The notes under the pieces are model-generated. The model was given only the letters and a program-made list of their open reading frames with translations, did no database searches and was not told where the DNA came from. Below, in pieces: positions 26,600 through 35,872 of a stretch of 38,646 nt of DNA. The stretch covers positions 1 through 38,646 of the forward strand of contig JAADIO010000028.1 in assembly GCA_013151235.1 (NCBI GenBank). Reading direction: 5' to 3'. How positions within the stretch are numbered: position 1 is the stretch's first letter; each line of letters begins with the position of its first letter. This stretch comes from Deltaproteobacteria bacterium (GTDB taxonomy: Bacteria > CG2-30-53-67). The position numbers and the translations under genes are program-made.

Positions 26600-28048
26600 T
26601 TAGAAAAACCCGTCCGGAGCAAAAAATATTTCACACCCTCCGCGCGGATTATGTACATACCGGTCTCCATCCAGGGGGAGAACACGCGGCCCGAAGGGAT
26701 TGGCCGTACCGAGGAAAAGCCCATATGGACTCGAGGACATGGTTCGCAGACCTATGTTATAGGGATTCCCCATGCCGTCTGTGGTTACCGGAACCCAGTT
26801 TTCCCCGTCAATGCTTCTGTAAAGATCAAACCCGGCCTGGTTTTCAAGTATGAACTCTTCGCCTACATTATTTACGATATTTATAAACGCCTCGGGCCAC
26901 GAATCCCTCTTCGCATAGCCAAGGAGACAGCTCCAATCGAAGGTTGAAAGATAGAGCCATCCTTTGTATTCGCACATACGCCAGAAATAGCCGTTGAAAA
27001 AGTTGTCGAAACCCGGCAGATACCCCGAAAGCGGGGTCTTGCGCCCAACCGGGGTAGTGCGCTCCTCGCCGACAATCAATTCCCAATATCCGTCCGGGTA
27101 TATTCGTATCAATTCCGGCGCCGCGGGACCAACCTTGTGCTTTCGGTCTATGCCTCCCCCCTGTATGCCGCTCCCCACGTAGAGCACGCCCTTGAAAGGA
27201 TACATACTCAGTGCGACCTGATTCTTCGGACCGCGGAATGCTCCACGATCCATCACCTTTTCCCACTTGTATGGAGGCTCACCCATTCCGTCGGTACGCC
27301 AGACTTGGTATCCATCCAGATTCAAAGTCCCCGCGTACAGATGGTCGCCCAGCCCGGCCATTTCGAAGACCGTCTGGTTGCCGGGGTCTCCGAACCCACG
27401 TTCACTCACCGGCTGCCAGCCTCCGGAGAGTGGATCACGGCTTTCATAAATAACCGAGTGCCCCGACACATTGGGATTCCCTCCACGTGAACCGGCAGCA
27501 GTGGTAAAAAGACGTCCCCTGAACTCAGTAAGAGACCGTATGGTGGTAACGGGCAGTCCAATCAGTCCCGGTTCGCACACCGCCTCGAAGTGCACCCCGT
27601 CTTCGCTTCGGAGCAGTAGGGGCCCCGGCCCCTTGGCCGGCGACCAAGTGCTGACGTAAAGGGCATCCTCGTACCGCCCCGGATCCCTGTAAGTGATCAT
27701 ACCGCGGTAGCCGAGTTCCCTGGGAATAGGCTTTCCATGGCTGCCTCGTATTATTGGGGATTTGAAGACACGCTCCCACTCGGCCTCGACCGGATCATAA
27801 CGCCATATCTCGGCACCCAGGTCCAGATCGAAGGGATCCTCCGGGCAGGGGACCGGCCAAGGGTCGAGTCCTATAGGCAACCTGGCTTTCATCAAGGGGA
27901 AATTCCCGCGAGTTGTGGCCACATACAGATGGTCCCTGAACCAGGCCATCGAGTGCGCGTAATTGTTCAAACCGTGGCCGAACCCCTCCCTGGCCACAAG
28001 GTGGAAATCTTTACTGCTGAATCCCGGATAAATACCCAGCTTGTTCAT
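26600..28048 (-). CDS. Hypothetical repeat (probable beta-propeller) protein
   Basis: Repeated units GFG..N....M..F.D.LY.GT / F.G.LY.G / Y.G.LY.ST. ATG overlaps the upstream stop (TAATG). Confidence 0.7.
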   Translation of the reverse strand: MNKLGIYPGFSSKDFHLVAREGFGHGLNNYAHSMAWFRDHLYVATTRGNFPLMKARLPIGLDPWPVPCPEDPFDLDLGAEIWRYDPVEAEWERVFKSPIIRGSHGKPIPRELGYRGMITYRDPGRYEDALYVSTWSPAKGPGPLLLRSEDGVHFEAVCEPGLIGLPVTTIRSLTEFRGRLFTTAAGSRGGNPNVSGHSVIYESRDPLSGGWQPVSERGFGDPGNQTVFEMAGLGDHLYAGTLNLDGYQVWRTDGMGEPPYKWEKVMDRGAFRGPKNQVALSMYPFKGVLYVGSGIQGGGIDRKHKVGPAAPELIRIYPDGYWELIVGEERTTPVGRKTPLSGYLPGFDNFFNGYFWRMCEYKGWLYLSTFDWSCLLGYAKRDSWPEAFINIVNNVGEEFILENQAGFDLYRSIDGENWVPVTTDGMGNPYNIGLRTMSSSPYGLFLGTANPFGPRVLPLDGDRYVHNPRGGCEIFFAPDGFF

Positions 28049-29133
28049 TACAAGACCTTTACTGCGAACCGATCCCGCAATAGCACGCTTGTCGCGATAT
28101 ACGCCTGAAGCCCCTCTCTCGCGAACTTGAAATGGGGGAAAGGTCCCCTGGGAACCGACTCCCTGGTATGGAAAAACCAACCATCCCCTTCACGGAAAAA
28201 GCGGTCGCTGCGGAAGTGCCTTCGTCTTGGTTCACCGTCACGATGTGGCTTCTCGCTCTGAATCGAACCATCCCAGAACTGTCTGCACACCCTGATGAAA
28301 TCGGACGGGTGCGTCACCGGAAAAAAGTGCCCTGCGTTGCGTATCCGCCTGAAGAACGCCCCGGGCCATACCCTAAGAAGATACTCACCAGTCATCATCG
28401 CCTGCGAACGTTCTCCGTATACTGCCATGATCGGTATATCAAACTTTTCAAATCGCTGTATGGATAAACCGTCATCAACCATCAACTCTTCCGCCGCCCT
28501 CGTAGTATCCATCAACCGTAACCACTGCCTTGCGGCCCTGAGGCTGTTCCTGCCCAGAACAAAGGGACCAACCAGTTTCTTTAATTCATCCGGGATCTTC
28601 CCTCCTCCCAGGCGAAGCTGCGCTATCTTCGTCAGCAATCGATAGCCGAAGAAGGGGTCACGGATATCTATCTCAAGGTTGTTACGATCGAAGATCTCCT
28701 GCACCTTTTCTCCGAACTCCCATTTCGTTATCCCCGCAAGCCCGCGCACAGCCGAAATATGGGTGTCGAGAAGGAGCAGGCTTTCGAATTTACGCGGCTC
28801 CATGCAGGCGAGATGAAGGGCTACTGTTCCACCAAAACTGTGGGCCACAAAATGCGCTCGATCGATCTTCAGATGATCCAGAAGCTGGCGCAGGTCCATC
28901 GCCATATTGTGTGCCGAATAACCTCCCGGAGGCATACCGGAACGTCCGTGTCCCCTCAGGTCGTACAACGTAATCCTGAACCGTTCGGCGAACTCCGGGA
29001 CGTGATGATAGTACCAGAAGGCCATACTGGCGGCCAAACCGTGTACCATAACCAGGTCCTCACGATCCGCTCCCGGCCCGCTGCCCAACTGCATGTAATT
29101 GATTTTGGTGCCGTTTATCTTTACCGTGGGCAT
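28048..29133 (-). CDS. Alpha/beta hydrolase (possible thioesterase) with C-terminal DUF6316-like domain
   Basis: MVHGL, YDLRGHGRS, AHSFGG and AGHFFP. Tail RDGE....FRSDRFF...DGWFFHTRE...GPF. Confidence 0.85.
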   Translation of the reverse strand: MPTVKINGTKINYMQLGSGPGADREDLVMVHGLAASMAFWYYHHVPEFAERFRITLYDLRGHGRSGMPPGGYSAHNMAMDLRQLLDHLKIDRAHFVAHSFGGTVALHLACMEPRKFESLLLLDTHISAVRGLAGITKWEFGEKVQEIFDRNNLEIDIRDPFFGYRLLTKIAQLRLGGGKIPDELKKLVGPFVLGRNSLRAARQWLRLMDTTRAAEELMVDDGLSIQRFEKFDIPIMAVYGERSQAMMTGEYLLRVWPGAFFRRIRNAGHFFPVTHPSDFIRVCRQFWDGSIQSEKPHRDGEPRRRHFRSDRFFREGDGWFFHTRESVPRGPFPHFKFAREGLQAYIATSVLLRDRFAVKVL

Positions 29134-29136
29134 ATG

Positions 29137-30735
29137 CTACTCCAGATATCCAAGCAATTTCAGTTGTGCCTTAATGGCGTCCTCTTCCTCACGAGACATC
29201 TCTTCTCCATCGGCCGCCCGGTTGTCCTCAGTCAGGCTCGCCCCACCGATTAGAACCGGATTATGCGCAAGGTGTTCCGGCGAAAATATCCCCTCCGGAA
29301 TCTCTCCCTCGAAGTCCTCGGGCACGGCTATTCCCAAACTGTAGAGAAGGATCGATGCCACATCCATGATCCGCATGGACTGTGGTCCCGCCCCATTTAC
29401 GATGCCGGGCCCCATGGCGAAGAAAACACCCTCCGGATGATGTGTTCCCGCGATCTCCGGACGTTCTTCCACAAACGGTTTCTTGTTCTTTATGGAGACG
29501 AATCCGCAATCACGCAGGGTCAGCAACAAGTCGGGCGCGTCCTCCATGGCCGCCCCGGCAAAGACATCTTCCCGATTGTAAATACCGCTCAATATCCGCT
29601 CATCCGTGGCCGGATCCCTGAGTTCCTCGAGATCACGTATAAGCTGCTCCCGGAACGTTTCGTAATCCTCCGGCCTGATACCGGTGCCATCTTCCCCGTC
29701 CGACACCCGAATATAAATGCCGTTGCTGGAAGGTGTGCGACAGTACGCGGTCGTGCGGGACCAATCGAGATTCGCAAACATGCTCTGCTCACGCCGAAAC
29801 GCCTCTTCCGTCCGTTCCGTCTCCTTCCAGTGCAGGTAGCCCTTCTCGTGCAGGTAGGCATTGATCCTGACCACTTCGTAGGTAGAGGTAAAGCCATGAT
29901 CCGAGGCAAGGAAGACCTGGACCTCCGGCCCAGCCTGCGTTACCAGCTGTTCCAGGAACTGATCAAGCTGCCGGAAATAGTCCATGCAGAGCCCGTGCAT
30001 CCTTCGATGATATACATCTGCCTCACCGTCCACCCGGTCAGGATCGATAAAGGCCCAGGCCTGGTGCTGAAGCTTGTCGACTCCGTCAAACATCACCGCG
30101 AGCAAATCCGGGTCTTCGTGTTGAAGTATATATTCCGCAATCATGAACCACTGTTTTTCTCTCGGCAGATGATAGCGGACCCACCTCTCCCGATCTTCAT
30201 CCGAAAGCAACTGGATAGCCTGCTTCTCGTTCTCGAAGTCCCAGGCCAGCTCCCTCGGGTTGAAACCCGGCAACCCTTTGAGGCGCTCGTAAAACTCCCC
30301 GGGACGTGTATTCCTGCGCAGATGTCGCCAAGGGACGAACCCAGGTACGATAAAACCGTTCAGATTCTCAGGGGGCGGCGCCGTGAACGGAAAGTTCAGC
30401 GCCGCCACCGACCTCCCGCATCGACTAGCAATCGACCATATGGTCTCGGTCCGTATATCCCTCGCGTCATACAGGGTAAAGAAGACATCGTCCATCCGCT
30501 CTTCCGCACGGATGAAATCGAATACCCCGTGATGCCCGGGACTCCTCCCGGTCATCAACGAAACCCAAGCCGGAGGCGTAAGCGGGTTGGGTGTGGAAAG
30601 AAGCTTGCACCGCGTCCCTTCCCTGTAGATCCCGGACAGAAAAGGCATAACAACGCCTTCTCTCCCGTCATGACTGGCCAGCTTGTCTAAAACAGTGAAT
30701 GTGGCTCCATCCAGTCCGATAAACAATGTTCGCAT
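29137..30735 (-). CDS. Alkaline-phosphatase-superfamily protein (nucleotide pyrophosphatase/phosphodiesterase-like)
   Basis: IGLDGA, nucleophile region TPPAWVSLMTG..PG.HG, D..QH, SDHGF, GTHHPEG and L..LGYLE. Confidence 0.88.
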   Translation of the reverse strand: MRTLFIGLDGATFTVLDKLASHDGREGVVMPFLSGIYREGTRCKLLSTPNPLTPPAWVSLMTGRSPGHHGVFDFIRAEERMDDVFFTLYDARDIRTETIWSIASRCGRSVAALNFPFTAPPPENLNGFIVPGFVPWRHLRRNTRPGEFYERLKGLPGFNPRELAWDFENEKQAIQLLSDEDRERWVRYHLPREKQWFMIAEYILQHEDPDLLAVMFDGVDKLQHQAWAFIDPDRVDGEADVYHRRMHGLCMDYFRQLDQFLEQLVTQAGPEVQVFLASDHGFTSTYEVVRINAYLHEKGYLHWKETERTEEAFRREQSMFANLDWSRTTAYCRTPSSNGIYIRVSDGEDGTGIRPEDYETFREQLIRDLEELRDPATDERILSGIYNREDVFAGAAMEDAPDLLLTLRDCGFVSIKNKKPFVEERPEIAGTHHPEGVFFAMGPGIVNGAGPQSMRIMDVASILLYSLGIAVPEDFEGEIPEGIFSPEHLAHNPVLIGGASLTEDNRAADGEEMSREEEDAIKAQLKLLGYLE

Positions 30736-30747
30736 TGGTCCATCCTT

Positions 30748-31032
30748 TCAGATACCCTTGTCCACCAGGAATGAGGCAACCCGGCCGACAGATAGATCGG
30801 ACACATAACTGCCGTCCTTCATAAGGAGGTCCTGGAATCCAAACTTGCGCTTGAAATGCTCTTCAATGGCCACGCACAACTGTATGATATCGACTGAGGC
30901 GAAATCCAGGTCCTTCACAAGTAGAGTCTTCCCCGTGACAGTATCTTCCAGGTCCAGCCCCCAGTCCTGTATCAGGTCCATAACAATCTCTATGACCACC
31001 TTCTCAGCATCCGACTTCCGATTTACAGGCAT
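30748..31032 (-). CDS. Stand-alone acyl carrier protein
   Basis: 94 aa, acidic, DLDFASVDIIQL phosphopantetheine motif, AIEEHF. Directly downstream of the PKS. Confidence 0.85.
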   Translation of the reverse strand: MPVNRKSDAEKVVIEIVMDLIQDWGLDLEDTVTGKTLLVKDLDFASVDIIQLCVAIEEHFKRKFGFQDLLMKDGSYVSDLSVGRVASFLVDKGI

Positions 31033-31050
31033 CCCTTAACTCCCACTCTC

Positions 31051-34000
31051 TTAATTCTGATGATCCGCAGCAATCGCGATAATACTTCGGTCCACCTCTT
31101 CCAGGCGTACCCCCACCACAGTGCCGTTCCGCGCCACAAGCGCAAGACCCCAACCGTTATCCGTGAATGATACCTCGAAGTCCTCCGGTCTTCCTTGCAG
31201 TCCCGACCCGAGATATTTCGCCGCCGCCTCCTTTGCACACCATATTCGTATAACCTTTTCACGCATCTCTTTCGAGCTGTGTCCAAGCGATTCACGCTCC
31301 TGCGGCGTCATGGCCGATTCCAGCAAATCGGTGCGCACCGCCCGTTCCAAGGACTCCACATCCACACCAACACCCAGCCCCGGCTCCGCCACCGCCGCTA
31401 CGCACAAGCCATGATCATGGCTGAGAGATACCGGCGGAGCAGGCGATACAACATCGCGCCATATGCCGTCCACGAACGGAGCGCCAGCGTCCTCGTGCCT
31501 GACCCTTATATCCGCCGGAAACAACAGCTTACCGCTCTTTTCGTAAACCCAATGGCGCACCGCCTCCTTTATGCATGCACGCCCCAGCAACCATTGGATC
31601 CGATACGAAAGCCCCCCCTCGAGGAGACGCCACTCCCTGCGCTCCTCCTCACCCAGGACGGCGCACGCCAATATCCTAAGGAAGATCCCGCTCGATTGAC
31701 GGCAGAAGTCCTCAGCCAAGTGAGGCAGGATCCAAACCAGGACCCCGGGAGCCCCGAGCATCTCCTTCACGCTGCCGAGACACCCTTTATGCGGGTTCAT
31801 CCGCACATTGAAGAACCGCTCCGGGACCGGATAAAAAACGTTAATAAGGTTTTCGACCTTGAGGATCGTTCTCCCCACACTGTCCACACACTCGAAATCC
31901 CATCTCTTGGGAGCATCTACATCACCGGGCAACAATCCCAACGGTTTGTGGCGGCCCTTCATCTTCAACCCCGACTGATCCTTGGGATGTGGTTGCCGGA
32001 TTTCGATACGCCCTATGGTTGCGGGGAAACAATTGAAACTCGTGCCAATCTTATGTGCTATCCAGTAAGCGGACAACTGCCCCACGGCATCGAGCAATAC
32101 CGGATTCAAGACCATTTCCGCGGTTTCATCGTCACGGAAAAATCCTCGCAGGGAAACAGGGGAGAGAAACGCATCCATTCCCTCTTCGTTCCACCCTTCG
32201 ATTTCCTGAATGCTCCGGAAGACGGGTCCGTGAAACATTCCTACACGGTAAAGGTCCCTTCCATCCCACCGCGGAGGGTGTACACTCTCCAGCTCCGCCA
32301 GCATCCCGGATATCTCCACATCTCCCCAGAGGAAATCGGCCGAAACAGCCTTCTTCCCCTCAATCAATGCAACGGCATGACATCTGTCGGGATCTCCCGG
32401 AGACGATTCGACCTGTATGGTAAGAACTGCTTTTCCTTCGTCCAATGCAATCCAATCGAATGCCCTGACATTTTCGATCGCAGAAACGGCCCGGTCTCCC
32501 CGAAACAGGACGGCCGCCTCGGCCAGGATCTCAAGTGTCACCATCAGCGGGACACAGGCCAGACCTGTAAGACAGGGATCAAAATCCGATACCGGTCCGG
32601 AGAGGACGTGATCCCGCAGAAAATTGTTCTCCGCAACGGACAGGGCGCACTCGGCAACCAGGTGTTCATCATCACATTCAACTATGGAATCGATAAACGG
32701 CGTATATAAATCCTCTGCAGAGGGGGCATGCCTGCCGGCATCATCCGGAAAGGCGTACCGTTCAACGATCCTTTGCTGCTGATCCAGGAAATCAGACATC
32801 AGGTCGAAGTGCCTCTTCATAACCCCGTCCAGGTCGTCCGCCTCATCGCCGGGAAGCATGTGATACCGTTCCGACGACGAGGCCCGCGGTACGGCGCAAA
32901 CAGTCCCCGGCAATCGTGACTCGGCACCCGACTCAACAATACTTTCCAGCTCATCCTTGTCATCTTTATCCAGGTGGATCACAGGCATGGTATTGTCCAA
33001 GCGCATGGTAGGCCGGCAAACCGCTGCAGCCCCCCCTATTTCAGCGATCCGGACATCGCGCGAAACGAACATACGCTCCAGCTTCACCCCCATGTCGTTT
33101 ACATAAAGAGTGCCGAGAGAGACAAGGAACTGTTCCAGACAGTTCTTCCGTTTCAGGTTCGTGGCCAGGGCCATGTACTCACGACCGGCCAGTATATCCT
33201 TGACGAAGGAGGCCAGGTTGCCTGACGGACCTACTTCCAGGAAGTACCGCACCCCCTCTTCGTACATCTTCAGTACGGTCTCGCGGAAACGGACCTTACT
33301 GGCCCATTGTCCGGCCGCAAGGGAGCGTACCCCTTCAGGATCGTCCGGAAAACAATCCACCGACACACAGGAATAGAGTGGTGTACGCGGGGCTCCCAAC
33401 CCTATCTTTTCGTAATAGGCAAGAAAGGCCCGACTGACCGCTGCGAATTGCGGCGTATGATATCCACGGTCGAACGGGAGGAGGGCGCAGAGCCCTCCCT
33501 TGGCGGTCAACCCCTTCCTGAGACGCTCGATACTCTCCGGCGGACCGAAAAGAACGAGCTGATTACGGCAATTCTCCATCGCCACGACCACCTCTTCGCC
33601 GAAAGGAACCATCTCTTTTTCTATCTCGGATCGCTCCAGAGCGCCCACAGTCATCAGGGCGCCTTTTGCAATACTCCCCTCCTCCAAAACTCTGAGATAG
33701 ACCTGGTTCAACTCACGCACGAAGTCAGCCAATTGCGAGCGGTCATCATACCGAATCGCCCCGGAGGCAACCAGCGCGGAAGACTCACCGGTGCTGTGCC
33801 CAACCATCACGTCCGGCACGACCCCGAAACGATCCAGGATCGCGTACATGGCCTGGCCTGCGACAAAAACCGATTCGGAACCTATATCCATCGTGTATAG
33901 CAACTCCTCCAGTTTCGCACGCCGTTCTTCGGTAAGTTCCGACGCCGGGGGGAGGAGGATATCGGTGCGGGTCTCCCCCTGCGTCTCGTTGTAGAGTCCT

Positions 34001-35829
34001 TTCCAGAAATCGAACCACTCGCGTACTTCATCAAAACAGATCATAAGCTCCGAGAACATGCCGAGATATTGAGACCCTTCGCCCGGGAAGAGAAACGCCA
34101 GCTTGCCGTCAAGGGGACGGCAACTGTAGACGATGCCGCTTCGGGTAGACCAGCGGTCGCGCACCGTATCTTTCCGTAACCTCTTCAAGGCATGTTCAAT
34201 CTTCTTCAAGCAGTCGTCACGGCTCTTTGCCACCAGTGCCAGCCGATCGGGGGCGGCGACAGACGTGGAAGCCAGCGTAGCGGCTACATCACACAACGCA
34301 AGATCCGGATTACCGGCGATCCACCCCGCCGTATGTTCCAGAATGTTCATCAATCCCATTCTGTCCGGCGCAGAGAACACGCATAACTCAAACGGCCACC
34401 CGGAACAGTCACGGGGCCGTCGCGCCCCTTCGGGCGCCTCCTCCAGTATGGCATGGCTGTTGATCCCTCCGAACCCGAAGGAATCAACACCCGCCATACG
34501 CTGTATCCCCGGGACAGAGATCCAGGGTTTGGGTTCCGTATTCACATAGAAGGGCGTACTCTCCATCCCCAACTTACCCGAAACCCGTTCACATCGCGTG
34601 GGGGGGAGGACCTTGTGATGAAGCGCCAGTGCACTCTTTATCAATCCTGCGATTCCCGCTGCAGGAATACAGTGGCTGATCATGGATTTTACGGAACCCA
34701 GGGCGACCGATCCCTGCAACCCCTTCCGCTCTCCGAAAACCCGTTTCAAGGCCGATATCTCCGTCCGGTCTCCAAGCGGAATTCCCGTCCCATGTGCTTC
34801 AATAAGTTCAACAGAAGCAGGATCAACACCGCTCTCGTCGTAGGCCCTGCTGATCGCAAGAGACTCCCCTTCCAGGCTTGGTGCCAACACCCCGTGCCCC
34901 CGCCCGTCGCTGGACAGACCCACCCCCCGGATTACCGCATAGACGCGATCCCGATCGGTGATTGCGTCGTGCAGCCGTTTGAGTACTACAACCCCCAGAC
35001 CTTCACCGAGAAGTGTCCCGTCACTCTTCTCGTCAAAGGGGAGAACCTCTCCCCGCTCACTAAGCGCCCCCAGCAGCGTGAATATTACCGAGACTTCGGC
35101 AGGTATGGATGCATTGACCCCTCCGGCCAGCATCAAGCGGCAACGCCTGTTTCGCAATTCATCCATGGCGGCGCTGACGGCTATGAGCGATGAAGAACAT
35201 GCCGCGTCCACGATATAATTGGGGCCCTTGAAATTCAACCTGTTAGCGATACGACCCGTCATGGCATTCGGTACAAGGGATGCAGCTATATCCGCGTTGA
35301 ACTGCGGCAGCTTGCTTTCCAGCAGGCCCCTAATTCGAGACAGCTTGTCCTCCGCCAGCGAGGGTATCATCCCCCTGAGGATCTCGATCGTCTGGTCGAT
35401 AACAATGTTGTGCTGTATAAGATTTCCCTGCCCTCGGTGGAGGTAGGTGCTGTGACCGAGTATGATCCCGGAATCCTCATGATCGTACTCCGCATTCAGG
35501 TAGCCGGCATCATCGAGGGCGTCACGGGCACTCTTCAGGGCAAGAAACTGGTCCGGCTCCCCACCGTCCACGGAATTGGGCATAATACCGAACTCCTTGG
35601 GGTCGAAACGATAAAGATCCCCGAGAAAACCGCCGTAAGGAGTCTGTATCCTACCGGAAGAGAGATAGCGATCAGCCTCCCATTCCACTGGAGGCTTGCC
35701 TACCGCATTGACGCCCGCGAGGATATTCCTCCAATATGTTTTCAGGTCCGGAGCGGAAGGGAACATGCACGCCATCCCGATTATGGCTATAGGCTCCGAC
35801 CTGTCCCGATCGTTCTTTCTAAGATTCAA
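31051..35829 (-). CDS. Type I PKS/PUFA-synthase-like protein KS-AT-DH-PPTase
   Basis: KS: IAIIGMAC, DAACSSS, HGTG, KSMISH, SFGFGG.N.H. AT: FPGEGSQ, GHSTG, GYHT. DH: FLRDHVLSG..P, FHGP, PVLLDA. Sfp-type PPTase: SLSH, GVDVE, WCAKEA. TTG start after AAGGGG (alternative GTG 35853). Confidence 0.92.
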   Translation of the reverse strand: MNLRKNDRDRSEPIAIIGMACMFPSAPDLKTYWRNILAGVNAVGKPPVEWEADRYLSSGRIQTPYGGFLGDLYRFDPKEFGIMPNSVDGGEPDQFLALKSARDALDDAGYLNAEYDHEDSGIILGHSTYLHRGQGNLIQHNIVIDQTIEILRGMIPSLAEDKLSRIRGLLESKLPQFNADIAASLVPNAMTGRIANRLNFKGPNYIVDAACSSSLIAVSAAMDELRNRRCRLMLAGGVNASIPAEVSVIFTLLGALSERGEVLPFDEKSDGTLLGEGLGVVVLKRLHDAITDRDRVYAVIRGVGLSSDGRGHGVLAPSLEGESLAISRAYDESGVDPASVELIEAHGTGIPLGDRTEISALKRVFGERKGLQGSVALGSVKSMISHCIPAAGIAGLIKSALALHHKVLPPTRCERVSGKLGMESTPFYVNTEPKPWISVPGIQRMAGVDSFGFGGINSHAILEEAPEGARRPRDCSGWPFELCVFSAPDRMGLMNILEHTAGWIAGNPDLALCDVAATLASTSVAAPDRLALVAKSRDDCLKKIEHALKRLRKDTVRDRWSTRSGIVYSCRPLDGKLAFLFPGEGSQYLGMFSELMICFDEVREWFDFWKGLYNETQGETRTDILLPPASELTEERRAKLEELLYTMDIGSESVFVAGQAMYAILDRFGVVPDVMVGHSTGESSALVASGAIRYDDRSQLADFVRELNQVYLRVLEEGSIAKGALMTVGALERSEIEKEMVPFGEEVVVAMENCRNQLVLFGPPESIERLRKGLTAKGGLCALLPFDRGYHTPQFAAVSRAFLAYYEKIGLGAPRTPLYSCVSVDCFPDDPEGVRSLAAGQWASKVRFRETVLKMYEEGVRYFLEVGPSGNLASFVKDILAGREYMALATNLKRKNCLEQFLVSLGTLYVNDMGVKLERMFVSRDVRIAEIGGAAAVCRPTMRLDNTMPVIHLDKDDKDELESIVESGAESRLPGTVCAVPRASSSERYHMLPGDEADDLDGVMKRHFDLMSDFLDQQQRIVERYAFPDDAGRHAPSAEDLYTPFIDSIVECDDEHLVAECALSVAENNFLRDHVLSGPVSDFDPCLTGLACVPLMVTLEILAEAAVLFRGDRAVSAIENVRAFDWIALDEGKAVLTIQVESSPGDPDRCHAVALIEGKKAVSADFLWGDVEISGMLAELESVHPPRWDGRDLYRVGMFHGPVFRSIQEIEGWNEEGMDAFLSPVSLRGFFRDDETAEMVLNPVLLDAVGQLSAYWIAHKIGTSFNCFPATIGRIEIRQPHPKDQSGLKMKGRHKPLGLLPGDVDAPKRWDFECVDSVGRTILKVENLINVFYPVPERFFNVRMNPHKGCLGSVKEMLGAPGVLVWILPHLAEDFCRQSSGIFLRILACAVLGEEERREWRLLEGGLSYRIQWLLGRACIKEAVRHWVYEKSGKLLFPADIRVRHEDAGAPFVDGIWRDVVSPAPPVSLSHDHGLCVAAVAEPGLGVGVDVESLERAVRTDLLESAMTPQERESLGHSSKEMREKVIRIWCAKEAAAKYLGSGLQGRPEDFEVSFTDNGWGLALVARNGTVVGVRLEEVDRSIIAIAADHQN

Positions 35830-35872
35830 ACTGTGTCCCCTTCTCACGTACACCCATGGACGGCAACCAGGG

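Noticed and set aside
29263-30690. 475-aa plus-strand ORF (and similar long plus-strand ORFs at 31195-32709, 15280-16245 and 13996-14844)
   Set aside because: Each lies antisense to a well-supported gene and is explained by codon bias.
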